Below are positions 33,761 through 43,350 of a stretch of DNA of 64,000 nt, piece after piece (positions within the stretch are counted from its first letter, which is position 1; each line of letters begins with the position of its first letter). Below the pieces are notes generated by a model. It was not told the DNA's origin, made no database searches, and saw only the letters and a list, made by a program, of their open reading frames with translations. Both the position numbers and the translations under genes were made by a program. Source of the stretch: a virus; the IMG/VR virus record IMGVR_UViG_3300045988_056849. One strand, 5' to 3'.

Positions 33761-35494
33761 ATGGGTAATTCATATGCTAAACAGTTAGATGCCATTGCTC
33801 TTGCAGAAGCGAAGCTGAAGGCAAAAAGGTTTAGGACACTTGAGAAAGCTCTAAGGTCAGACTCACCAGAGGATATGATAAAGGCTACTCAGGTGTTCAA
33901 CCAAATTCAGCCAAAAGTGGAGCAAAATACAAAGGCATTTTTCATTGACCCATTGGAGTTCAATTCCAATTTAGGGTACAAAGATAAGCCGTTTTCATTG
34001 ACGTACACTACGTTGAAGAGAATGTCGAAGACACCTATCATAAATTCAATTATCAAAACAAGAAAGAATCAAGTAGCAGACTTCGCAGAGCCTCAAGAAA
34101 ACAAGTATTCAACTGGCTTCGTTATCCGAAAGAAACCGAAATTTGGAATTGAACAAAAGATGGATAACAAAGACCGAAAGATTGCGTATGCTATTACTGA
34201 ATTTATCTTGAAGGGCGGTAATGTTAGTCAATGGGAGCATGACGACTTCGATACGTTTATCAGAAAGATTGTTGATGACTCTTTGACTTACGACCAATTA
34301 ACTTTCGAGTGTATTCGCAACCGAAGAGGACAATTGGAGAGTTTCATGGCTACTGATGCCGCAACTTTCCGAATGGCTGATTCATACTTTGATAAGGATT
34401 ATGATAATGTTTTCTTCCAAAGAAACGGAGCGAATGTATGGCAAGATAGGAACGATTATGGGCCAAAGGTTTATGGCTATTATCCTGCTTATGTTCAGGT
34501 GTATCAGAATGTCAAGGTCAATGAGTTCTATCCTTGGGAGCTTTGTTTTGGAGTTCGCAATCCTTCTACTTCAATATACTCAAATGGGTATGGTTGTTCC
34601 GAGCTTGAAGAGCTTATCAACGTTGTAACATCTATGCTTTGGGGAGATGAATACAATAGACGTTTCTTCAGTCAAGGTTCAGCTCCGAAAGGTTTATTGC
34701 GTATTAAGGGAACAAACAACGAAGCAGCACTTCAGCAATTCAAACAACAGTGGCAGTCCATGATTACAGGAGTAATGCAGTCTTGGAAAACTCCTGTCGT
34801 GGAAGCGGACGTGGATTGGATAGACCTTCAGAAGAACAACCGTGATATGGAGTATAGTTCTTGGATGGAATATCTTATCAAACTATCTTGTGCCATATAT
34901 TCAATTGACCCTTCCGAGATAGGATGGGACATCAGCCGTTCTTCGGGGAACGGAGGATTGTTTGAAGGAAGTCAGGAACAACGCCTGAAACATTCCAAAG
35001 ACAAGGGTTTGTATCCACTTCTGAAATTCCTTCAGAGGAAAATCAACAAATATATCATTGAGCAAATCAATCCTGATTTTGAACTTGTATTCGTAGGTTT
35101 GAACGGCTTGACTATCGAAGAAGAGCTTGATATGGACATCAAGAAAGTAGGCAGCTTCATGACCGTAAACGAAGCACGTGAGAAATACGAGATGAAACCG
35201 CTTGAGTTCGGAGACGTACCGACCAATGCTACTCTTATTCAGAACAAGAATGCGGAGATGATGGCTAAACAAGGTGGTCAAGGAATGGAGATGGATGAGA
35301 ACGGAAACATCAAACCGAGTTCCGAGAAGAAAGGAGAGGAGCCTGACGCAGAAGAGGAAGATGAGGAGCAAAATCCTTTTGACTTGTATGCCGAAGAAAA
35401 TGACGAGGAGGACACTAATAAGGGTGGACTGAGAGAAACGTTTGTAAAAGCATTTGATAACTTTCTAAATAACGAAGAAAATGGAAGTAACTAA
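33761..35494 (+). CDS. portal protein
   Basis: 577 aa with an acidic C-terminal tail. It heads the morphogenesis block and lies upstream of a MuF-like gene. Called on size and synteny plus general resemblance to portals, not on a diagnostic motif. Confidence 0.6.
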   Translation: MGNSYAKQLDAIALAEAKLKAKRFRTLEKALRSDSPEDMIKATQVFNQIQPKVEQNTKAFFIDPLEFNSNLGYKDKPFSLTYTTLKRMSKTPIINSIIKTRKNQVADFAEPQENKYSTGFVIRKKPKFGIEQKMDNKDRKIAYAITEFILKGGNVSQWEHDDFDTFIRKIVDDSLTYDQLTFECIRNRRGQLESFMATDAATFRMADSYFDKDYDNVFFQRNGANVWQDRNDYGPKVYGYYPAYVQVYQNVKVNEFYPWELCFGVRNPSTSIYSNGYGCSELEELINVVTSMLWGDEYNRRFFSQGSAPKGLLRIKGTNNEAALQQFKQQWQSMITGVMQSWKTPVVEADVDWIDLQKNNRDMEYSSWMEYLIKLSCAIYSIDPSEIGWDISRSSGNGGLFEGSQEQRLKHSKDKGLYPLLKFLQRKINKYIIEQINPDFELVFVGLNGLTIEEELDMDIKKVGSFMTVNEAREKYEMKPLEFGDVPTNATLIQNKNAEMMAKQGGQGMEMDENGNIKPSSEKKGEEPDAEEEDEEQNPFDLYAEENDEEDTNKGGLRETFVKAFDNFLNNEENGSN

Positions 35495-35735
35495 GAAAGA
35501 TGCGCCAATAGTGCGCACGTTTAGCGAGTATTTGCCTGAACCTTTCATTGACGAAGTTTCGGCAGATGAAAAGTATTACGGTTGGGCACCTATGGGAACT
35601 GCTGAAACCGATAACGGTTGGCGTATCATGAAAGAGACGAAGGACGGAACTGTTACCAAGAGAGAGTACGCTCAAGGAACAATGGACTTCATCTCAGCTT
35701 GGAGTGAACGTGCTACTTATAACTATTCAAGATAA
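35481..35735 (+). CDS. hypothetical protein (84 aa)
   Basis: Overlaps the portal stop by 14 nt. Confidence 0.45.
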   Translation: MEVTKKDAPIVRTFSEYLPEPFIDEVSADEKYYGWAPMGTAETDNGWRIMKETKDGTVTKREYAQGTMDFISAWSERATYNYSR

Positions 35736-35741
35736 TAGATT

Positions 35742-37628
35742 ATGGCAGGGAATACTAAAAATTTGGGGCAGGTTGCTGGTGTATATATCGGCAACACTCC
35801 GCCTGAAAACATAATTCTGATTTGGTATGATAATACTCCGAGTCAGATGCGACATAAGATATACGACCCAGGATTGAGTCAGTGGGTAGTTCTTGACCAG
35901 AACGTTATCTCATTGATTACTTATTCCGAGTTGGTAAACATCGCAAAGAATGTCGGTCTGTCTATCGGTCAGTATTTCCAAATCAAGGATAAAGGAAATG
36001 CTTTGGCTCTTGCTATCACAACGACCAAAGTGCAGTATGATGATGAATTGGGTAATATCCTGATTGACGATTTGGGTACCAATATTCAATATCACGTAAC
36101 TTCTTCCAATCTTTTGGTAGATGACGTTGCGGGTGTATTCGATACGGTAAACAAAAAGCTGGTATTCCAATTCAAAGAAATGGTTCCCGACTTTACTGCT
36201 GATGATTACATCATGGGTAAGGTTCAGCGTAACAACGTTTGGAGCCTTGCTAAGTATCGGTTGTCTTCTTTCTTATCGAAGGTAACTGGTAACTCAATCA
36301 GTTGGAATGGAGGCTTCTTCTTTAATTTCGGTGATGCTTTGAAAGCTCAGCTGGATAAGAAAGGAGGAGTTGTTGCCAAAGACACCTACGATACGGATAT
36401 GCAGAAGGTCAATCAAGACATAGCAAACGTAGGTAAAGCAAATCAACAGATTATAGATAATGCTAACAAAGCAATAACTGATGCAACGTCTGATACGGCT
36501 ATCTACGCCAAAAAGTCTCCTGCGTTAGAAACAGGAGGAGAGCCGACCGATGCAGCAAAAGGAGACAGCTTGTTAACAATCTTGTCTAAGTTTCAGAGAT
36601 ACATCACACGTTTCAAGTATGCAACTGGTATTCGAGTATCTCAAGACTTCACTGATGCCGTACAACCAGAATACGTCAATAACAATGATACTGTTGACTC
36701 TGCGCTCAGAAAGATACAGTACTGGTTAAAGAATGCTGGTACGGGCAGTAAACTATCACCTGATTGGACTCCGAAGGACTATGCAGGAACCATAGCCGAT
36801 GTAGCAGGTGGAGATAGTCTTGACGAAGCATTTGCGAAGGCTATCGGAAAACTGAATCAGATTGGTACTATATCGAACGGTCAAGTGCGTTCAAAGGCAA
36901 CTACTTCGGGCGGTACAAGTAGAACTATTTTCAATTTAGCTTCTGCAATTCTTTCTTTTTATAGAGATGGTACAAGTGGACATAATGTTTCTCTGAGTTC
37001 ATCTTCTGGTTTGAGTATAAAGGATTCAAATAATTATGGATTGGTAGCTAATGGAGATGGTTTAGATTTTCAATCACAAACACAGCAAATTTTTGATATT
37101 CCTGCTTATGAAAAAAGCGGTTTAAGTAATGTTTACGGAGGAGCTTCTGCTTTGTATAGAGGTAGAGCGATTTCAACAGCACCTGGATATGCTTCATTAG
37201 GTATTATTTCCGCTTTATCAGCTGTTTGTAATTGGAACGGTTTAACTCCTTCGGGGGGGTATCAAGTATTTGATGCTTATTTTGCTAATTTCAAAGCTGG
37301 AGGGCTGTCTCTTGGACTTATTCATTTATCGTCCACTGACCTTTACTTGGATACCGATTGTTCTTTTGTTAGCTGCACAAACAGCGAAAATAAAAACGTA
37401 TTTTTGCCAGCTGACCCGCATGATGGACAATTGATTATTGTAAATCAAGTGAACTCTGCTAATATTGCGGTACATGGAAATGGACGTAGAATTTGTGATA
37501 ATACTAATGTAGATTCAGTGAATATTGGTTCTGCAAGAAGCTGTGGAATTTTTGTATTTAATCCTAATATTGCTACTGACCCTGGTTATAAATGGGGAAT
37601 GTGGGTATTTGAACGTTGGAACAGATAA
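35742..37628 (+). CDS. tail fibre / receptor-binding-like protein
   Basis: N-terminus NLGQVAGVYIGNTPPENIILIWYDNTP...WVVLD resembles fibre N-termini. Long Gly/Ser/Asn-rich beta-type C-terminal region. Confidence 0.45.
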   Translation: MAGNTKNLGQVAGVYIGNTPPENIILIWYDNTPSQMRHKIYDPGLSQWVVLDQNVISLITYSELVNIAKNVGLSIGQYFQIKDKGNALALAITTTKVQYDDELGNILIDDLGTNIQYHVTSSNLLVDDVAGVFDTVNKKLVFQFKEMVPDFTADDYIMGKVQRNNVWSLAKYRLSSFLSKVTGNSISWNGGFFFNFGDALKAQLDKKGGVVAKDTYDTDMQKVNQDIANVGKANQQIIDNANKAITDATSDTAIYAKKSPALETGGEPTDAAKGDSLLTILSKFQRYITRFKYATGIRVSQDFTDAVQPEYVNNNDTVDSALRKIQYWLKNAGTGSKLSPDWTPKDYAGTIADVAGGDSLDEAFAKAIGKLNQIGTISNGQVRSKATTSGGTSRTIFNLASAILSFYRDGTSGHNVSLSSSSGLSIKDSNNYGLVANGDGLDFQSQTQQIFDIPAYEKSGLSNVYGGASALYRGRAISTAPGYASLGIISALSAVCNWNGLTPSGGYQVFDAYFANFKAGGLSLGLIHLSSTDLYLDTDCSFVSCTNSENKNVFLPADPHDGQLIIVNQVNSANIAVHGNGRRICDNTNVDSVNIGSARSCGIFVFNPNIATDPGYKWGMWVFERWNR

Positions 37629-37630
37629 AT

Positions 37631-38215
37631 ATGAAAGCAAAAATTATAAGCCGTTATTCAGTCAAAGTGATTGATTACGACATAGAAAAACAAAAAGCTG
37701 ATAATCTTTATAAGGCTACTTTGCAAGAAAAAGAAATTGGCGATGAGTTCATAAAACCTATTCTTGCTAAAAAAGAAGAAAAGAGAACGGAAAGTGATTT
37801 GATTAAAATTATTCTTCGCAAAGAATTGGAAGATAATTATAAAAACAAACTTGATGAACTTTCAGCTTTCAAAGAATATGTTCCTTCAGAATTTTTCGGT
37901 GAAATTGATGATACAGATTCAGTAAGACCGTATTACATTGAAGAAGGCGAATCAATTTTGCAAAAATGGGAGGTGGTAAAAAAAGATGTAGGCAAGATAA
38001 ACGAAAAAATAAAATCTTTGAAGGAGAAGTTATCAGAAGGAGATTATAAAGTAATCAAAATATATGAAGCTAAATTAGCCAACAAAGATGAACCATACAG
38101 TCAAACTGATGAAGAAGAGTTTATAAAAGAAAGACAATCAATACGTGATGAAATCAATCGTTTAGAAGCTCTTTTGCCAAACAGCGGAACAATAAAAGAA
38201 ATGACGCAAAAATAA
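37631..38215 (+). CDS. coiled-coil protein, possible fibre assembly factor
   Basis: ATG 3 nt after the fibre stop. K/E-rich heptad-like sequence. Called on position only. Confidence 0.45.
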   Translation: MKAKIISRYSVKVIDYDIEKQKADNLYKATLQEKEIGDEFIKPILAKKEEKRTESDLIKIILRKELEDNYKNKLDELSAFKEYVPSEFFGEIDDTDSVRPYYIEEGESILQKWEVVKKDVGKINEKIKSLKEKLSEGDYKVIKIYEAKLANKDEPYSQTDEEEFIKERQSIRDEINRLEALLPNSGTIKEMTQK

Positions 38216-38220
38216 TAGCC

Positions 38221-38796
38221 ATGTGTAAGATAGTTTATTTAACGTCCAAACGTTTCGATAAGCCTGCTAACGAGTTCAAGAAGGCACTCGCAAAGGAGCT
38301 ACGGAAACGAAACGTTGAAGTTGTGGTAGATAGTTCGTATGATGTATTTAACTTCTTCCGCAAGCATAAAACGTATGGGATAGCACTTGCTTTTGATTTC
38401 TATCGAGATGGACAGCAAGGAGCAGGGCTGACGCTAAATAAAAATTGTTCTTACATTGGCAGAGACTTTGCTTACAATTTATCAAACGCCTATGACGTTT
38501 TAACTCCGATAACGAAGTGGAGAGACTTTCAGTTTGTTGATTCTCACGACCGAGAATGGTTCAAGTTTTTCAATAAAGTCAGTTCTTCTACGAAAGCGAT
38601 ATTTTATTTGTGCACGTACACCAATGACTCCGACCGTGAAGAGTTCTACGTTGTATATGATAAAGTCATTCAGCTTTTCGCAGATGAGATTGTAAGGTGT
38701 CTCCGTTCTGATTATAATACAGAAGATTACAGAAAGAGGGTAAAACTTGCTAAATTAAAAACTAACAAAGTAAAAAGGCATGGAATGGTTATCTGA
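38221..38796 (+). CDS. hypothetical protein, possibly a degenerate Amidase_3-like fold
   Basis: Collinear resemblance to the MurNAc-L-Ala amidase layout (KIVYLTS..., LAKELRKRNVEV, IALAFDFYRDG, FAYNLSNA, AIFYLCTYTND), but the Zn-ligand His/Glu positions are not conserved. Confidence 0.3.
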   Translation: MCKIVYLTSKRFDKPANEFKKALAKELRKRNVEVVVDSSYDVFNFFRKHKTYGIALAFDFYRDGQQGAGLTLNKNCSYIGRDFAYNLSNAYDVLTPITKWRDFQFVDSHDREWFKFFNKVSSSTKAIFYLCTYTNDSDREEFYVVYDKVIQLFADEIVRCLRSDYNTEDYRKRVKLAKLKTNKVKRHGMVI

Positions 38797-39268
38797 AAAT
38801 CTGTTTGGGCTTATATCTTTGTTGTTTGGAGCAGGCGGTATTGGCTTTGCTGTAATTTCTAAGATACTGGACAGGAAGAAGTATGAGCAGGAAGTAAGAA
38901 CTGCTTCAGCAGAAGCCGATATGAAAGGCGATGACTTTTGGAAGAAGCGGTATGACGTTCTTCAGAAAGAGGTTGAAAACAAAGACAGCTGGTGGAAGGA
39001 GAGATATGATACATTGTATAACGAGTACCAAAATGAAAGAAAGTTAAGCAATGAAATTGTTAAGTCTTTCCGCACAGAGTTAAATGAGATGAGAAGTGAC
39101 TACGATAAACAACGAGAGCTTGAAAAGATGAAATATGACAAGCTCATGGAACAGTATCGTAGTTTCGAGGAAGAAAGTCAGAAGCGTGAGCACGAGTACA
39201 AACAACGTATTTCGCAACTTGAAAATTTGGTTGCTTCTTACGAACAAAGATTAAAGACAAATGAATAA
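38780..39268 (+). CDS. N-terminally anchored coiled-coil membrane protein
   Basis: TM segment LFGLISLLFGAGGIGFAVISKIL, then a long K/E/R coiled coil. Confidence 0.5.
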   Translation: MEWLSENLFGLISLLFGAGGIGFAVISKILDRKKYEQEVRTASAEADMKGDDFWKKRYDVLQKEVENKDSWWKERYDTLYNEYQNERKLSNEIVKSFRTELNEMRSDYDKQRELEKMKYDKLMEQYRSFEEESQKREHEYKQRISQLENLVASYEQRLKTNE

Positions 39269-39833
39269 AAGCATAACCATATCTATCGGAGGACTTATTG
39301 CAATAGGCATAGCGTTATTGATAGGTTACTTTTGGGGCAGGTCAAGTGTAGAACTACCGCAACCGAAAAGGATTGTTGAGGTCAAATGGGTAAAGGGAGA
39401 CATTGTAAGAGATACAATTGACCGTCCAGTTCCTTATGAAGTCAAAGTTCCCGTTGACCGTCCAGTCTTTGTTCCTACGGATACAGCTGCGTTATTTGCT
39501 ATATGGCAAGATTATTACTTGGACAGAAAGTATGCTTTGGACTTTTCTAATGATAGTTTGGGTACATTTAAGGTTGATGCTTTGGTGAGTCAAAATAAGC
39601 TCATTTCTGCCACTTCTTTTATTCAGCCGAATATCCGAACGGTTACGGAAAGAGAAGTCATATACAAAGTTCCTACGTTACAACCGTGGGCAATGTTAGG
39701 TACGTCAGCCGACTTCCGAACGAATAAGCTACAATTTGGACTTGATATCAAAAATAAGTACATTATTGGACTTTCGGGAATAAGGCTGGATGACCGATAC
39801 GGATATACAATTGATTTTGGAATAAAATTTTAG
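39261..39833 (+). CDS. N-terminally anchored membrane protein
   Basis: TM segment ITISIGGLIAIGIALLIGYFWG. Confidence 0.5.
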   Translation: MNKSITISIGGLIAIGIALLIGYFWGRSSVELPQPKRIVEVKWVKGDIVRDTIDRPVPYEVKVPVDRPVFVPTDTAALFAIWQDYYLDRKYALDFSNDSLGTFKVDALVSQNKLISATSFIQPNIRTVTEREVIYKVPTLQPWAMLGTSADFRTNKLQFGLDIKNKYIIGLSGIRLDDRYGYTIDFGIKF

Positions 39834-39836
39834 CAT

Positions 39837-40022
39837 ATGGCAAAGAAGGAGACAAAACATAGTCATTTCATTCCTTCCCCATTCCCAGTCGTTACCGAGT
39901 ATGAAAATGCTTTTGTGAAGTCTTGGAATGAAAATACCGCAAATGCAGTTGCAGAAGTCCTGAAATATATGGCTCAAGCAACTGCTTCTGCTATTAAAGA
40001 AACTAAGGAGGAGAAGAAATGA
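39837..40022 (+). CDS. hypothetical protein (61 aa)
   Basis: Short ORF in operon context. Confidence 0.4.
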   Translation: MAKKETKHSHFIPSPFPVVTEYENAFVKSWNENTANAVAEVLKYMAQATASAIKETKEEKK

Positions 40023-40228
40023 AAAAGATTAAACACTTTGGTAAATGGTTATTGACCGTAGTCATTACCGTTCTTTATTTGGTAACATTCTTTTGGGTAG
40101 GACATGTATTGTACTATCTATCGAAGGTGTTCAAAATTATCGGACATACGTTCATGCTTGAGTTCGCTTCGGCAAAAGACGAGTTAAGAACGTTTTGGAA
40201 ACATTATACAAATTTAGGAGACATATGA
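40019..40228 (+). CDS. small membrane protein (holin-like size)
   Basis: ATGA overlap. TM segment WLLTVVITVLYLVTFFWVGHVLYYL. Confidence 0.45.
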   Translation: MKKIKHFGKWLLTVVITVLYLVTFFWVGHVLYYLSKVFKIIGHTFMLEFASAKDELRTFWKHYTNLGDI

Positions 40229-41157
40229 TTTTCAATCAAGGACAGATACAAGATATGTTATCAATTCTCAAAAGGTACGAATTGGTATTCATAGCAGGTC
40301 AGTTAGGATTGGATTATCTTTCTCAATCGGATAAGGATATACTGATTGCTGCTGGAATCAATCTTGATAAGTATAAGAACAAGAAAGGAGTAATTGAGCA
40401 CGCATTCCTTTTCGGTATATTGGCTGAGGCTATCGGGGATGCGAGAGCAAAGAAAATGACTTATGCTCAGTTTCAGAAGTTTCTTGCTTCGGGTAATTTC
40501 ATACCGCTTACCGAAGAAGAGGAGTTTGCCCTTCAAACCGTAAAGAATAGAGCATACACCGACATCACCAGTTTAGGAAACCGAATGAGGACTGGGTTGA
40601 GTAACGTAGTATTGAGAAATAATCAACAACAGACTCTGGTAGTTCAGAATATGATTAAGCAAAAGACTATCAAAGCCGTTGAACTCCGTATGGGAGCGAG
40701 AGGACTTGCGGCAGACCTTGCCGAGACTTCTCAGGATTGGGAAGTTGATTGGTTGAGAATTGCTTACTATCTTACCCACGAAGCCTATAATTCAGGACGT
40801 GCTCAGAGTATCTTGAAAGAGTACGGAGCTGATGCTGAGGTTTATTTCGATGTTTACCCAGGTGCTTGTCAGCGTTGTCGGGAGCTTTACTTGACTGACC
40901 CTGAAGACCCAGATAGCGAGCCGATTGTTTTCAAACTCAAAGATATTATTGCTAATGGTAACAATATCGGGCGAAAGGTTAAGGAGTGGAAGCCGACTAT
41001 TTCACCAACTCACCCTTATTGTCGTTGTACGATAAATCACAAGAAAGCAGGTTTTGCTTGGGATGCAGAGCTGAGAGCCTTCACCAAACCTATCAAGAAA
41101 ACTTCCACTAATCCAAAGTTAAAAGGAGTGAAGTTGAATATAAAAGTATCGAAATAA
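40225..41157 (+). CDS. MuF / SPP1 gp7-like minor head (head morphogenesis) protein
   Basis: C-terminal signature YPGACQRCRELYL ... ISPTHPYCRCT. ATGA overlap start at 40225. Confidence 0.7.
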   Translation: MIFNQGQIQDMLSILKRYELVFIAGQLGLDYLSQSDKDILIAAGINLDKYKNKKGVIEHAFLFGILAEAIGDARAKKMTYAQFQKFLASGNFIPLTEEEEFALQTVKNRAYTDITSLGNRMRTGLSNVVLRNNQQQTLVVQNMIKQKTIKAVELRMGARGLAADLAETSQDWEVDWLRIAYYLTHEAYNSGRAQSILKEYGADAEVYFDVYPGACQRCRELYLTDPEDPDSEPIVFKLKDIIANGNNIGRKVKEWKPTISPTHPYCRCTINHKKAGFAWDAELRAFTKPIKKTSTNPKLKGVKLNIKVSK

Positions 41158-41165
41158 GATTGTAA

Positions 41166-41843
41166 ATGAAAACTGAAAAATTGTTACTCATCCAGCCGCA
41201 TAGTGATGATATTCTCTTTTGTTGTTCTCATCTGCTGTTCCTTCCTCAATACGAGGTTCAGGTGCTGACCGTAGAGAATGACCCAAAGAGAATAGCGGAG
41301 GATGAAAAATTGTTTGATTTTCTCAATATTCCGTTCCATCATCTTGAATTAGATTTTCATGATGAAAGTTATTACGAGTTCCATAAGAATTACAAAGAAG
41401 TAACGGTGGAAGCAACGTATAAACATTTGAATGAATACTTCGGGAGGGAAACGCTGAACGAGATTGAGGAAACGCTTGTAAATTGGGTTAGAAAGTTCTT
41501 GAAAAAGAACAAAGGGTACACGGTGGTAGCTCCTTGGGGAGTTGGTCACCCATTTCATCTTTTCGTTCGGGAGACTTTACAAGGAGCGTTGAGTTACATG
41601 GAGTATTATCGGGAGTTCCCTCACTCCTATAAAAGACGTTCTCAACCTCAAGTAGAGAAACAAAAGCAAGAATACACTCTGAAACGTTCCGTAACAGTTG
41701 AGGAGTTTCATGAAGTGAAGTGGAAACTTGCTTCCAAATTCTATCGTTCTCAATCAGGTTTACAGTTCTACGAACAGGGTTATATTAAGAAACAGCTGCC
41801 CGAAGAGATATATGTGAGGGAAGCGGATGAATTACCATTTTGA
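41166..41843 (+). CDS. PIG-L/LmbE-family de-N-acetylase
   Basis: LLLIQPHSDDILF (AHPDD-type motif), RIAEDEKLFDFLNIPFHHLELDFHDES, WGVGHPFHLF (HxxH). Confidence 0.65.
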   Translation: MKTEKLLLIQPHSDDILFCCSHLLFLPQYEVQVLTVENDPKRIAEDEKLFDFLNIPFHHLELDFHDESYYEFHKNYKEVTVEATYKHLNEYFGRETLNEIEETLVNWVRKFLKKNKGYTVVAPWGVGHPFHLFVRETLQGALSYMEYYREFPHSYKRRSQPQVEKQKQEYTLKRSVTVEEFHEVKWKLASKFYRSQSGLQFYEQGYIKKQLPEEIYVREADELPF

Positions 41844-41844
41844 T

Positions 41845-43296
41845 ATGAAGATATTTATTGCTGATTTTCAGATAGCGAAATATGGCGGTATTGTAGAATA
41901 TGTTGCCAGTATGCTCAAAGCGTTCCGAGATTTGGGACACGAAGTAGATGTTGCTCAAATGACTCCTGCTTCTACTACCCAGAACGCTTATAACAAGAAA
42001 GTGAAAGAATTTGAAAGCGGAGAACATCAACGCAAGATTAAGTTCCATTCTCAGGCAGGAGGTTACGAGAAAGATGAAGTAACAGGTTATTGGCGCAATA
42101 ACTATTATGGATATTTCTTGCCTCCAAGTAACCGTATCGGAGTATATGAGAAGAATGCGGTTGAGAGGTGGAAGGAGCTGGTGAAGGATGCTGATATAAT
42201 TCTTTGGAATTTCATGCCCACGAAAAGTTCTGCTTGGAATAAGAAGGGCGTGGAGTTCGATTTTTGGCATAAGTTCTTTGACCTTCCTTCTTCGATTAAA
42301 CAAGTGTTCTTGGTACACGATGCTTATTTCAATGTAAGAGCTTCCAATATATCGGCTCTGAAAGATAAGATAATGTTTATGGCTTGTGCTCATTTAGCTG
42401 CTTATCAATGCTGTTCTGAAATAGGTATTCCGAGAAGTTTGCTATTGAATCCACGATACCTACCCAGCGGAGCTAAGATGACCGTGAAGATGATGAATAA
42501 ACGCAAGGAGGACTTTTTTGCTGCTCATATGTTTAAGTCTATGAAGCATATGGAGGAGCTGATTGCTGCCGTTCCGTATATTCAGAAGGGAGAGGAGGAA
42601 CGTTTCAAAGTAAAGATTGCTGGGACAGGCATAGAATATAACTATATGACCAGCGAGACGAAAACAAAGAGTAACTATATGTGTACTACGAAGCGTGACC
42701 CAGACCTTCCGAAGAAACTTGACGGCAAACTTTCTCTTTGGGATAGAGCCGAGAAGTTTGGAATGGAGTACATGGGTCAGATGTCGGGCGGTGAAGTTAT
42801 AGATACTTTGAGAAATACGAAGTTTGCTATTGACCCATCTTGGGCTGAACATTATGCACGTTATTGTCGTACCCATATAAACGGCTTTATTATCGAAGCG
42901 ATGTTATGCGGTGCTTATCCTGTTTTGCGTGATTATAGAGGACTGGCGAAGGTGGAAGGAAAGGAAATATATGACCCACTATTCGAGAACGTCAGAGCAA
43001 TCATTATTCCGTGGGATGCTACTCCGAAAGAATTTGCTGAGGCTTTGAAAAAGGCTGCTAAAATGTCTCCTGCTAAATTCTTGAAAGATACAAAGTACAA
43101 CTTTGAGTTAGTACACGAATTGTTTAATGCTACGAAGAATGCCGAAGAGATAATCAGACTGGTTAAAGGAGGAAGAAAGCTGGTAAGGAAAGAACTTGAA
43201 AAAGGCAAAGACTCACCGAATGTTAAGAAGATAACTCATGAAATCATGGAAGAGTTTTATCATATAGAACTTCCAATTGAGTGGGAAACGGATTGA
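41845..43296 (+). CDS. GT-B fold (GT4-like) glycosyltransferase
   Basis: N-terminus MKIFIADFQIAKYGGIVEYVASMLKAFRDLGHEVDV. C-terminal sugar-donor region NGFIIEAMLCGAYPVLRD. Start at ATG 41845, 2 nt after the upstream stop. Confidence 0.65.
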   Translation: MKIFIADFQIAKYGGIVEYVASMLKAFRDLGHEVDVAQMTPASTTQNAYNKKVKEFESGEHQRKIKFHSQAGGYEKDEVTGYWRNNYYGYFLPPSNRIGVYEKNAVERWKELVKDADIILWNFMPTKSSAWNKKGVEFDFWHKFFDLPSSIKQVFLVHDAYFNVRASNISALKDKIMFMACAHLAAYQCCSEIGIPRSLLLNPRYLPSGAKMTVKMMNKRKEDFFAAHMFKSMKHMEELIAAVPYIQKGEEERFKVKIAGTGIEYNYMTSETKTKSNYMCTTKRDPDLPKKLDGKLSLWDRAEKFGMEYMGQMSGGEVIDTLRNTKFAIDPSWAEHYARYCRTHINGFIIEAMLCGAYPVLRDYRGLAKVEGKEIYDPLFENVRAIIIPWDATPKEFAEALKKAAKMSPAKFLKDTKYNFELVHELFNATKNAEEIIRLVKGGRKLVRKELEKGKDSPNVKKITHEIMEEFYHIELPIEWETD

Positions 43297-43350
43297 CGCA
43301 GTTATTATCTTTATCATAATGTTAATCATGTAAAATAAACATAATGAATT

